This document shows, one piece after another, positions 1-12,563 of a DNA stretch of 64,000 nt. Numbering within the stretch: the first letter of the stretch is position 1; each line of letters begins with the position of its first letter. Both the position numbers and the translations under genes were made by a program. This DNA comes from Octopus vulgaris (taxonomy: Eukaryota). Location: positions 55,180,001-55,244,000 of the forward strand of contig OX597830.1 of NCBI GenBank assembly GCA_951406725.2, written 5' to 3'. Below the pieces are notes generated by a model, which did no database searches, was not told where the DNA came from, and saw only the letters and a list, made by a program, of their open reading frames with translations.

Positions 1-899
1 TCTTCCCACCTAATGTATATATACATACATATATATACTGCCTTAATACAAGCATGAGCTAGATTTTAGACCCTCTATTATTGTCAAATTATAACCCCAA
101 TTTAGTATATATAGAAACTATGCATTTATTATATTCAATAGTGTTTTTTGTTTCTATTTTTTTTCTCTCCCTGTGTATTACAAAAAAAAAAAATAATAAT
201 GAAAACTGCATTAGTGCTTCCATGGTGTGTTCACTATTTCATCTAATTTCATGAAATTGAGGTGCAAAAACTTATCACTTGATTCAACATAAAGCAAACG
301 TTACACAACTTGTATTCAAAGCTACCATATGATTTGAGTAAAATTTTAAAAAAGAATTAATTCATTTCTTCTCTTTCATGCTTCCATATATTGTCAATAT
401 GTAATAAGCAGATTTTCTACAATAATTTCTTGTAGATTTTTACCATCAATTTTCATACATTTTGCCTTTTCATTTCAATGTTTTTTTTTTTATTATTATT
501 TTGCCAAATTTTGCTTTTAAAAGCATGTATGTGTAAATTATAAAGGACAAGCTATATGAAAATTTAATACAACTGTAAATTTTGCTACTAAATTTCTTTG
601 AGAACAAAGTCTAATTTGATTAAGATGAAATGTTTCATCTCTTCATCTGCTGAAGTTGTGAAGGTGAAAGCAAATGAAATGATATAGCCCTGAGGGAAGA
701 AACTTTATCACAACCTTTTATATTGTAACTCTGGACATGACAGTAGCTGATTCCAGTTGCATCTTACTGTTGTGCAGGCAGTACCAGGAAAGGCCCACTT
801 CAACAAGTACCACGTTTCTCCATGTTAGCACACACACGCACACACTAGATATTTAAATTTGAAAAGAGGCAATAAATAATAATAATAATAATAATAATC

Positions 900-1107
900 C
901 TTTCTACTAAAGGCAAAAGGCCTGAAATTTTGGGGCATGGGGCTAGTCAAATACATTGACCCCTGTGCGTAAGTGGTACTTATTTCATCAACCCCAAAAG
1001 GATGAAAGGCAAAGTCGACCGTGGTGAAATTTGAACTCAGAGCACAAACAAAATGCCACTAAGTATTTTGCCTAGTGTGCATAATGATTCTGCCAGATCA
1101 CCACCTT
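900..1107 (-). mobile_element. tRNA-derived SINE family A copy
   Basis: Contains GGATGAAAGGCAAAGTCGAC...GAAATTTGAACTCAG, shared with many copies in the window (e.g. 30688, 31560, 37331, 54312). Confidence 0.75.
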
Positions 1108-2259
1108 AATGATAATAATCTTTAGAAATTCCTCTTGTTGCATTTGGTTCTGTTGATTTTTTTTTTTAATGGCCTTTCATATAAGGGGGCATGATGATGT
1201 AGGGATGTCTAGAACAATCCAATTAACTCACAAAGACAGTGTGAGGTGAATGGAAATCAGTTTTGTTTCACTGATTTCTATATGTTGCTGCCTCTGACTA
1301 TCAAAACATGTTGGTAGTGGTTACTGTTGTTGGTAGGAGAAATTTTTATCTGATGGTGTACCAAGGAAAGGAAAATAAAAAAAAAATATAAAAAAAAGCT
1401 AAGACTTTCTCTTCTTTATTAAATATGCTTTTCTTCACAAGGTACCTAACATTGTTAATTTCTACTCTCTGTCATTGATATTCAATTGACATGGGGTTCC
1501 TGCTAACAATATGTCATTTGTGTAAGAAAATACTATTTCGATTAAGTAAATGTATCATATCTCTGCTTTTTTTTATTTATTTTTATTTTCTTTTATTCCT
1601 CCCATTCTGTTGTTCTTATCTGAACCAGCATTGTGGAAGATGATTTTGTTGAAAGTTTCATATGGATAAAACTGAGATGTTTCTGTATCTTAAAATGAGG
1701 ACATTAGTGGGCAGTGGGCTGGAATATGTAAATTTGAATAAAAATTCACTGTATAAAACAAAGAAATATTTTCTTTTTATTTTTATAAATTTATCAGTTT
1801 CTTTTTGATAGGAGTTCAATTTTCAGTTCCAGAGTTGATATCTGAGCTAAAATGTGCACAAACATGATTTAAATCATAATCTATATTTAAGAATATATAT
1901 AATTTAATTTCCCCATCATTCTGTTAATGGAAACATCTCAAGTTTTACCATTTGAAATATTAAGATGGAGAATATAAAATAAAAAGATTGAATTGAAACT
2001 CCTTCAAAACTTTTGAATCACCAAAGGAACAATTTTCAGTACATTTTTGTTATTGATTGCTGTTGCAGATGATGATGCCTTCTAAGGGACATGAAAGTTC
2101 AAAGAAAAAATAAGCTAGATGACTTATATTCTCTTTGTAAAACTTCAGTTATTCCATATACATTACCTTATTATGTAAAAAAAATATTTTATTACCAAGA
2201 TTAGTCTATTGGGAACATTGTTAGAATGTTGGGCATTTTTTCTGTTTTTTTTTTTTTTT

Positions 2260-2805
2260 TTCATTCTGAATTCAAATACTGCCAGGGTCAGTTTTGCAGT
2301 TCAGGGTTGATAAAGTACCAATGAAGTACTTTGGTCAATGGTATCAACTGCTCCCTCAAATTTTTTTGCCTTGTGCTTAAGTCAGAAGCTATAATTATTC
2401 GGGTAACAGACTGGCAGAATCATTAGTATGTTAGATAAAATGCTCAGCAGCATTTTTTCCATTTCAAGACTTGCTGATATTGACTTCACCATTCATTCTT
2501 TTGGGGTTGATAAATTAAAGTGCCAAACAATGGAGTTGATGTAATCAACGTAACGTCTTCCCGCTAAAATTGCCGATCTTATGCCAAAATTTTAAACCAT
2601 CATTATTATTCAACAAACTGGCAGAATCTGACAAAATGTTCTACAGATTTTCTTCTGATTCATTTTGTTCAAATTCTGTTGGTTCATCTTTGTCTTTCAT
2701 CCTTTCAGGGTCAATAAAATAAGTGCCAGTTGAACACTGAAGTTGGATGGCATCTACTAACCCCTTTCCCCTAAAGCAATTGGCATTGTGCCAAAATTTG
2801 AAATT
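2260..2805. mobile_element. Cluster of degenerate SINE family A fragments in both orientations
   Basis: Recognisable pieces: ctggcagaatcattag, ctttcatcctttcagggtcaataaaataagtgccag, tgtgccaaaatttgaa. Confidence 0.55.
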
Positions 2806-3331
2806 ATTATTATTATTGTTATTACATGTGAAAGTATATTTTACTTTAAATATCAGATACAATAAATCAATTACCAAGACTCTCATAGGAACAACGAATC
2901 TCAGAGTCTTGTGATATTTTCCAGTTATAATTTGTTTTCTATATTTCAACTGTATTAGATGCTACTTTGCTGTTTTAGTGGTTCAAAGTCTACATTTCTG
3001 CTGGAAAGCTTGTTTCACCTAACTGTTTCTCACCCATCACTACCACCACTACCTCTTTTATTGCATGAATAATGATTTAATCCTCTTATTGTCAGGCAGC
3101 TTTTTGTTTGTTCATTTGTTTGTTTTGTTTTTTTTTTTGTTTTTTTTTAAAGTTTTGTTTTGTTTTAATCCTCCACCAGTATTCTTTTAATCTTCTTTCT
3201 GCTTCAAAAGTTGGGAACTTTGATTGCGATCGGTCCATCTGAGCACTTGTATTTTTAGCCCTTTCCATTCCATCTCTCTCTTTTAACATTACACACTCAC
3301 CTTTCATCTTCCTGTATATGATATGTATATA

Positions 3332-3369
<38 letters not shown>

Positions 3370-3930
3370 TATATATGACATAGCTGACATTTTGTAGATT
3401 TGCTTGCTGTATTTTTTTTTTATCACATAGACATTTGGGCTTATCTAATTATTTTACTAATCACTGTTTGACCTGATTATATACATACATATATATATGT
3501 ATATATATATATAATGTTTGTGGGAGTTTTTATTTAAACTTTTCTTTTTTTAGTTTGAAATTTTGAACATTAAACTGAAATGTTTTCATAAACTGGAATA
3601 ATAAGGGAGTGAACATTTGCAACAGTCATTGAACAACAAACACAAATTATAATTTGTTTGCTCCTGCCCCCTTTTTTTCCCTTCTTATTGAATTTTAATT
3701 TGACATTGGAACTGTCATTTCTGTCAACCGTTATCACCACCACCATTATTGTGGTTTATGGAAACATCTCAGTTTCTCAATTTGATATTTCACAGTGCAA
3801 AAACAAATTCAAAAACAAAATTCTTAAATCAAGTGTCTTGTTCCTCTGTGTGTGTGTGAGAGAGAGAGAGAGAGAATGAGTGAAAGAGAGAGACAAGCAG
3901 ACAATGTATGTAAGTGAGATGGAGAGAGAA

Positions 3931-3968
<38 letters not shown>

Positions 3969-4631
3969 CCCACAAGTGGGTAAGAGAGTGAGGTAATATA
4001 AAAGTGTTGTTTTGTGCAAAATCATAAGACTGAAAAAATGAAGTCAACATTTGTTTGTCTTCATTGCAATTAAGTTTTTGGCATATCAAATATATTTTCT
4101 TTAATTTATAATTGAGTTGTGGTTGAAGAAATAAAATTTGTAAAATGACCCCAAAGAATCTATATGCCACCAGCACACACATTCATACACGTACACTTTC
4201 TTCTCCATAAATAAATAAATAAGTTTGCATGTTTCTTTCTGTTTTTGTTTTTTTTTTTTTCTTTCACTCCTTCATAGTATCATTAAAGAAATAAAGCATT
4301 TTAGAAGTCGGTTTGTGTCAAATTTTCTCTCCTTGATTAATGTTAAAAATGTTTACACATACATACATATACACACAAAAGTGTATGTTTGTGTGTGTGA
4401 TCTTGCTCAGGTTATCCCCTTCCAATCTCAGCATATATCCCTACATGACAATTGTGCAAAGAAAAGTATAATAAAATTTATAGAATTATTGTAGAACAGT
4501 AGTGCATTTTAAACGGGGAAGGGGAAGAATGACATTTCATCAAAAGTAATGACAGAACTATATTTAATTCTATGGTAAAATTTGTTTTCACGTCTTTATA
4601 TATATATATAAAACAATTCATGTTTTATATA

Positions 4632-5005
4632 TATGAAGACATGTTGGGGCAAGCGAAATCGAAATCGAATTGAACCAGCCAGGATCCCTGGTCTGGTGGT
4701 ACGTAAAAAGCACTATCCGACTCGTGGCCGATGCCAGCACCGCCTCGACTGGCTTCCGTGCCGGTGGCACATAAAATACACCAATCTGACCGTGGCCGTT
4801 GCCAGCCCCGCCTGGCACCTGTGCAGGTGGCACGTAAAAAGCACCCACTACACTCACGGAGTGGTTGGCGTTAGGAAGGGCATCCAGCTGTAGAAACATT
4901 GCCAGATTAGACTGGAGCCTGGTGCAGCCTTCTGGCTTCCCAGAACCCCGGTCGAACCGTCCAACCCATGCTAGCATGGAGAACGGACGTTAAACGACGA
5001 TGATG
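4632..5005 (+). mobile_element. SINE/LINE-tail family D copy with (GAT)n tail
   Basis: Internal repeats of GGCACGTAAAAAGCAC, then GTTGGCGTTAGGAAGGGCATCCAGC and GTCCAACCCATGCTAGCATGG...GATGATGA. Near-identical to 7208-7466. Confidence 0.8.
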
Positions 5006-5664
5006 AATTCATCTTTGAGTGTTCTCCAAAAAAATAGCACCAAATTTTGGTAACTTTTAGACTGACATGATTTTCTGTGGAAACCTGTTTAAATATGGAT
5101 TAATGGTACAAAAATTTGGGTGGGGTTCTAAAAGAGGTGAGGTTAATCTAGAAATGGGATGAATTGTCATTAAGATTTTTTAAGAACAATTTTTTTTTTT
5201 TTTAACTTATTGTAGATTTAATCTTCATTTTATTTTCTGATTTTGTTCTCTAAAAGAATTATACTGAAATATTATAAACTATCAACGATGTGTCATTGAG
5301 GGATATACTGTCTTCAGTAATGACTAATTAATTCATATTTCTTGGCTGGGTGATGTTTTTCTTTTCCATCCCACTATATTTTTGTTGGTATATATTTTTG
5401 TGCATATATTCCAAAAAGAAAATATTTTCCCATTAAACTAGCATTTATTTGCATTTAAGAATCATTTACTAAAACCCCCTACAATGTGCTTTTCATGATT
5501 TATGTTATTTGGAGGGAGGCGGGGTTATTTCTTTTTAAGCTCTTTGTATGTTTTTATGAATTTGTTTGCTACAAAATTTTTAATTAACCTTATATAAAAC
5601 GAAAAACAAAAATAAATTATTTCAACATATTCTTAATATTTGTATTACCTTCTTTTCTCTTCAG

Positions 5665-7109
5665 AAAATTATTGGTAACCAAGGAACTATTCTTCAGTGT
5701 ACCAGTCTGAATGTTGCCAGCAGCAATAACAGAAGCGATGGCAAACTTAATGCTGTTGCCCAAAAACCTACAGTGGCTCAATCTGTTGAAACTGCAACAA
5801 AGAAAAACGATGGGCCTTGCCGAACAAGTGACTTAGAAGGAAGTGCAGCTAGCAGCTGTTCTGCTGTCAAGACAAACTGCAAAAAAGCTGGAAGTACTGC
5901 TGTGCCAGTTACTACTAGTTGTACGATAACAGCTGCCTCAGGAAGAAAGGACGGAAGCTTTGTTGGAAGAGGAAATGTCCAACTAGTCAATACTAGTTGT
6001 ATTACCAAAGGAAAGATTCTCACAAGACCAACTCCTATTGTTCCTCCACCTTTAAGACCTAATGATAATTCAAAAACTATGAGACATAATTCAGCTTTTA
6101 CAAACATGAGACCAGTTGTTCCAAACCCTGGGAATATATTTCCTGGTTCTACTCCACCAAGGGTTCGAAATCCTGGCTCCAACTTCAATACACCTCGACC
6201 AGGTGTTTGTGTACAAGGCAATTTATATGGTAGACCAAATGTTCCAATGGGCAATGTGAGGAATGCCAGACAGATGGGTATGGTGAACAGATTCAACACC
6301 CCCCGATCAGTGGGTGGAATACTTGTGCGACCAAGTGGTTCTCCTTTGATGCGACCAACATGTCCTGGAACTAAGGGTAATCAGCTAATTATGTCCAGTG
6401 TTTCTAATATTGTGAATCCAAAGATTGCAGGTTCTAGCAAGCAGAATGTCAAAGCGAATTCTAATACTACTACTACTACTACTATGACTACTACTACTAG
6501 TACTTCATCTACTACAACTACTACAGCAACTACTACTACTACTACAACTCCAACCACAACTACTACTACAACTATTAATAATGTTAATATTAAAAATAAT
6601 GTGACTTTTACCAACTCTAAAAGCAAGGCATTAGCATCAGATGGAAATAGTGGCAAGGCCAACAATGGGAGGAATTTGGTAAAATCAAAACCTGAATCAA
6701 ACAAAGTGATTAGTGAAACAAAAACACAGGTGAACACAAGTAACTCTACTCTTGATTTAGATGTCACTAAAAAGATCAGCAATAATAATAATACTACTAC
6801 TAATAAAAGTGCCAATGTTGGTGCTACTAAGTTTTCTGAGAACAGTCAAGTAAATGTAGCTAGTAGTAGTAGTACTAAGTCGAACAGTATTGTAAAAGTT
6901 GCAAGTAGCACAGCAGTACATACAGTGCCATCTTCCAGCTCATCTATTACAAACGACAAGTTAATCATCACCACCACCACTAATACTGCTACTGCTATAA
7001 AAGCAAGCCTCAAACCAAGTGGAACTATTTCTACAAGTTTACCAAATTCTACTCCAGTTGCTTCTGTCAGTGGACAGTTACAATCTTCATGTACTGAAAC
7101 TAAAGAAAA
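5665..7109 (+). CDS. Penultimate coding exon of a GPATCH8/ZNF804-like gene (low-complexity Thr/Ser/Asn/Pro-rich, ~481 codons)
   Basis: Polypyrimidine acceptor tcttttctcttcag|AAAATT at 5664/5665, open in the frame of ORF 5773..7113. Donor AA|gtaagt at 7109/7110 is phase 2 and joins exactly in frame to the exon at 8624 (AA+G = Lys). Confidence 0.8.
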
Positions 7110-7207
7110 GTAAGTTTTTTCCTTTTGTCTTTTATGTTTTTTATTAACTGGTTTTTAATCATTGAATTGGGGCCATACTAAGGCACTGTCTTTAATTTTT
7201 TTTTTCT

Positions 7208-7466
7208 GGCCCCCGTGTCGGTGGCACATAAAAAGCACCATCCGATCGTCGCCGTTTGCCAGACTCGTCTGGCACCTGTGCCGGTGGCACATAAAAAGCA
7301 CCCACTACACTCATGGAGTGGTTGGCGTTAGGAAGGGCATCCAGCCGTAGAAACATTGCCAGATCAAACTGGGCCTGGTGCAGCCTTCTGGCTTCCCAGA
7401 CCCCCGTTGAACCGTCCAACCCATGCTAGCATGGAAAGTGGATGCTAAACGATGATGATGATGATG
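7208..7466 (+). mobile_element. Family D copy (5'-truncated) in GPATCH8-like intron
   Basis: High similarity to 4750-5005; ends in (GAT)n. Confidence 0.8.
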
Positions 7467-7665
7467 TCACTTGTATGACTGCAGTACATTGCCTTGCACT
7501 TAAAGTAAGGTAAAGTCATCCTTTGATTCAGAACTAAATGCTGCAAAGTAGTTCTGTTTGATGAACCAATTTTGTTCACCCCATAACTAGTAACGTACAT
7601 ATGTGTACATGCACATATGTTGGGATTTGTGGTAGTGCCCACCTTCAAAATTTCACTCACAAGGC

Positions 7666-7888
7666 ATCTGGTATGACTATGCACATAGCAGTTATTTAAT
7701 ATGTTTGTATACACATTGCAAACTTGTGGTATGGCTCTATATGCATAGCACATATTTGGTATGGAAATATACGTAAAGTGGATATGGCTGTGTGTGCATA
7801 GCAGACATTTGGTGTGGTAATGTGCACATAATGGACATTTAGTATGTCTATATACACAGCAGACATTTGGTATGGCTGTATACACATT
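7666..7888. repeat. Degenerate ~28-bp minisatellite (gcagacatttggtatggctgtatacacata-like)
   Basis: Repeated catttggtatgg / cacatagcag units. Confidence 0.55.
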
Positions 7889-8623
7889 ATATATAAGATC
7901 ATTTAATGTACACAGTAAAAAGTTTTTTGCTTTGGAGATGCAGGTCTATGTAGGTTTTAATAACATACCTTGTGCCTCCAAGCAGTAGACCTGCATCTCC
8001 AAAACAAGCAACTATTAGTAGCTCATATCTTTATATTGTGTACATTAAATGATGTTTATCTCTTACTTGATGCAGTACTGTTTTTGTTGATCTTACCATA
8101 ACAGAACACTAAACTTTATATATATATATAATCATCATTTCAATATCCAATCTTCCATGCTCATGGGGAAGATTGTATGTGTGTGTGCTAAAGCAGATTT
8201 TCTACAGCGAAGTGTCTTTCCTGTCATAAATTCTGACCATGGCTGGACGTCGTTTCATGGAAGATTGGAAACAAATGACATAACTTATATGGCAGTGACT
8301 CTCAAGATCAGAGAACATGCACTTGATGGGCTTCTTTCAATTTCCTTCTAAGATACTTGTCCAAGGTGCTGTGTAGTGGGACTGAACCCTAAACAACTTG
8401 GTTGGGATGCAAACTTAAGCACCTAGCTATGCTACTATAACAGACATTTGCTTTGATTATTTACCCATTGCAGGCATGTATTTTTACTGTATACACATTG
8501 CAGAAACATTGATCATATACAAGACCTTTATACCTTTGCATCAAGTTTGTGTTTTATAATGTTTTCTTGTATTTCATACTAGTCTGGCACTTTAATTACT
8601 ACAATTTTTTTTTCTCTCATTAG

Positions 8624-11600
8624 GGAACAACATCCACCAGATTCCACTGGGGCAGAAGAGAGCTGTGATGTATTGGATGACAGTGAAGGATCTAAAAGTG
8701 CCATTTCATTCTCTTTTTGTCGAAAAATGGGGCAAAAGTTATCATCTTCGGTTCCATTTGGTAAGGAAAGAGATGAAAAACTGTTACATTCTGGTGAAAG
8801 TGAGAGAGAACCTAAAGAAATTAAAGCAGCTGAAGAAACCAGTGATAGTGTTGAGAAAGGTGATGCAGAAAAGTCTGAGAAGTCTTCTGAAGAGAAGCCA
8901 GCTGCTAAAGAATTGCCACCTGCTGGAATGCCATTTTTAAAAGTTCTTAACAAAGAACAAACCCTTGAGTTAGACTGGCCTGTTGAAATGATCCAGTATA
9001 CAAAGACTCAGCCCCCCATAACCTATAGCTGTAATCCTCTCTTCTTTGACTTCAGTGAATTATTACCGAAGAACAAATCTCAGAAAAGCGATGATGTTTC
9101 TAAAACTAAAGTAAAAGGGAAAAGTGAGGAGATGTCAACTGTGAAGGTGGAGGTAAATAGCTTCACTAACAAGGATGAACTGAAGGAAAGTAAGCCATTG
9201 GCAAGGAAGTCTAAGAAGAAAAAGCGAAAATTGTCCACTCAACATCACTCTGATGAAGATGAACCAAAAGCAAAGAAGAAGAAGAAAAAGAAACACAAGA
9301 AGAAAGAGCATAAAACAGAGGAAGGTGTTTCTGGCAAAGATGATAATAAGAATGTGTCTGTGGAAAGTGGGAAGAATAAAAGACATAAGAAGAAAAAGAA
9401 ACGATCTCATCAATCTGGCACCAAGTCTGATACTGAGTTAGGAGACGGTGGTGAAGCAGTTCGGAACAAGAGTTCACATAAAAGCAAACATAAAAAACAC
9501 AAGTCAAGAAAATCCAAGAAGAAAAGGCACAAAAGTGATGAGTTTGAGAAGCAATCCCAAAGTGGTCATGAGAGCGAAGAGGAAACTACAGGTCCATATG
9601 GCATCGGTCTGAAAAATAAACAGTTGAAGAAAAGAAAATCACAACTGAAATCTGAAAGTGGTAATGTTTCTTCAGAAGAAGAAACTACAGCAGCAGCATC
9701 TGATAATAGTAAGGTCACCAAAGTTCACAAAACCAAAGTTAAATTAGTAGGTGTTGATCGAAGTGAATTACCTGAGCTGGACTCTAAGCAGTCCACTGCT
9801 GCTGCTACTGCTACTACTACTGCCATTTCTATGGGTGAAGAGGAAAAACCTGATGTAAGTAAGAAAAGGCCTGTGAGCGTTGGTACTTCTGGTTCTTTAT
9901 TTGAATCTATGGATGATTGTAAGAAAATTTCAAAAGAAGAAACTGTTTGTGTAAAGGCTGGTTCTAGCAGCGAGAGGAAGCGCCATTCTGGTGATATTGA
10001 TTCCCCTTTAAGTAAGAGGAAAGCATCTAAAAATCCTTGTATAAAGAGTGAAGAAGACACATGGAGTAAAATGGAAAATCTATTTGAAGCTCGCTTCGAC
10101 CCGGAAGGGAACAAAGCATCATGGGACACAAGCAGTGATAGTGATGTTGAATCCCCTGTTAATTCATGTTTGAAGTCTAAAAATAACAGTGAAGTCTTTA
10201 AGAGAAAGAAGAATGGTGATGAATCTATACAGACCGATAAAAAAGAAAATAATAAAAATAATAATAATAGCAACAACAACAATAATAGTAATAACAATAA
10301 TAGTAATAATAAAAGTGCATTTTCAAGTTCGAAAGTTGACTCCCGTATTGAAAATTATCATCAAAGCTCTGGAAGTGATACGGATCAGCCTTCTTGCTCT
10401 GTACAGAAAAGCTACAAACGAAAGAAATGTTATTCTGGTGAGAGTCATCACAGTGAGAGTCAGTGTCGAAGCAGGGAACATTCTTATAGCTCATCTTACA
10501 GCGATAGAGACTCGCATTATTCAGACAAATCAAAACATAGGCACTCTAGGTCACATTCATCCAGCAATTCTCGATCGAGGTCACGATCACGGTCAGTGTC
10601 CTACGAAAGACATGGTTCTCACAGAGGTCGACGTTACTCCTACAGTAGTTATTCGGAAGACGACTATCGTTACAGGCGCAGGCGTACGGCATCACGCTCT
10701 TGCAGCCGGCACCGGTCTCGAACTCGTTCCAGCTCGTACAGTCATTCTAGAAGATACAGATCCTATTCCAGTGAACACCGGTCATACACTAGCAGCAGTA
10801 GCCGGTCAAGAAGTCGATCAGAGTCACGGGGTCGCTCTCGCTCATATTCCTACTCACGATCACACTCCAAATCTTCCTCCTACTCGAGGTCGCGATCAAG
10901 GTCACGGTCGTATCATAAGTCTCATTCAAAGTCACGCTCACCCCACAAATCTAAATCAGATTACAGACACAAAAGTAGTCCAGAACCCAGATACAGTTCT
11001 TCTTACTCGACCAAAAAATATTCTCAAAGTCTTCAGAGTAAAAAGAGTGACAATGATAAAAGTGGTAAGCTTGATCCTGCTAAAATTCCAATGCCTGGTG
11101 ATATCAAAGATGGTGGAAGTGACCAACAGGACAAAAGTAAAGGGAAAAGTTCCCCAGGAGAAAGTACCAAGTCAGCTACACCTGTCAGTGAAGCTAGCAC
11201 TGCAACCACCAGTGTCACTAGCAAGGCTGACACAGCTGGGCAGAGCAACAACAGTGATGCAAAACCAAGCAGTGGTGGCTTGAAAAATATTCCCTTGCCT
11301 CCTTTCCAAGTGGCAGAGGCTGCCCACTTGACACCCGAAAATCAAACACGCCCACCCCCTCCCCCTCCCCAACTCATACCTCCACCGCGCTTCCCAGCTG
11401 CTGCAAATGATAATCTCTTGCATCCTCTACCTGACCTCTCGCAGCCACCACCCTCTGCGGCCATCATTCCTACCTGCCCACCACCCCCTCCTCCCCCACC
11501 GCCACCACTCAACATGAACATGCCTGCACTGCCACCTACCAGAATGGGGGCACCGTCATTGTATGGCCACCTCAGCCTGCCCACTCGGGAGCCAACACCC

Positions 11601-12563
11601 ATGAATGTTCCACCTCCGCCACCTCCTCCAAGAACGCCGCTACCATTCACACCTCGGTCGGTGACACGCCTGGAACAGACCAAGGATGGTAGTGTTGTTG
11701 TAAAACCTGCAATAGAACAAAATATACAAAGCCTGCCAGCCACCCCCAGTTTGCTGCCTTTAGTTGTGGAGGCTGTGGAGAAGGAAATGACACCACCTCT
11801 TCCACCCCCTAAGTCGCCCCCACCCCAACCACCCCCTCCACCCAAGAAAGAGGATGAGAAAAAGAGCTGTGAAGATATCTCGCCAATGCCACTCCCTATC
11901 ATCCCTCCAGAACAGGCAGAGCAGTACAAGCACTTACAGGAGATGGCACAGAAACATGCATTAAAGCAACAGAGGCGTCAGCATCAGAAGGAGACAGGCC
12001 AAGTTGAAGAGAGTGATGATGATGAGTCAATGGAAATGGAAGGGCAGGTTTCGACTGTAGTGTCTGATGAAGAGACCGATGAGCAACCTGGAATTTTGGC
12101 TTTGCCGGAACCTGAACCTCAGCACTTACAGCAGCAGATTCTCTTACCGCAGGCGCAACACGCCGGTAGCCCAGTCATTGCACACCACCCTATGGTGCCG
12201 TTCTCTCAACAGCAGCAGATAATGATCCCTCCAAATGCGTTGCTCCAGTCTCAGGGCACGTTTCCAATCCAGGCTGGAGGACCAGTTATCGCCATTCCAC
12301 AGATGTCTCATGGAGCAGCCCATCACCACCATCCGCACCATGCTTTGGCTGGTCACCATGCTCTCCACCATCACTTACATGCAACTGCTGCTGGGCTACC
12401 AATAGCTGCTGCAGCCCATCCATTTCATCATCAACTCATCGCGGCTCCCAGTCAACTTATGCCATTGGCTTCACCTCAGCCACTCCTCACTCAGATACAC
12501 CCCCCAGGCTCAATAATTATAGGTCATCAGGTATATATACCAAGGTTCCCCAGAGCTATTTAA
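8624..12563 (+). CDS. GPATCH8: Terminal coding exon of G-patch domain-containing protein 8 / ZNF804 family protein
   Basis: Acceptor tttctctcattag|G at 8623/8624, 3.9 kb open frame to TAA 12563. Family motifs recognised: ISFSFCRK, FLKVLNKEQTLELDWPVEMIQYTKTQPPITYSCNPLFFDF and IPPEQAEQYKHLQEMAQKH. Also Lys/His-rich tract, RS-rich domain, poly-Pro and His/Ala-rich C-terminus. G-patch and C2H2 exons are not seen in the window. Confidence 0.85.

Noticed and set aside
2070-2114. Possible poison exon in the upstream GPATCH8-like intron (ttgcag|ATGATG...TAA)
   Set aside because: Acceptor only; no convincing donor or other support.
10189-11283. 364-aa alternative-frame ORF and antisense ORFs overlapping the GPATCH8-like exon
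   Set aside because: By-products of low-complexity Ser/Arg/Pro codon usage; no recognisable domain.
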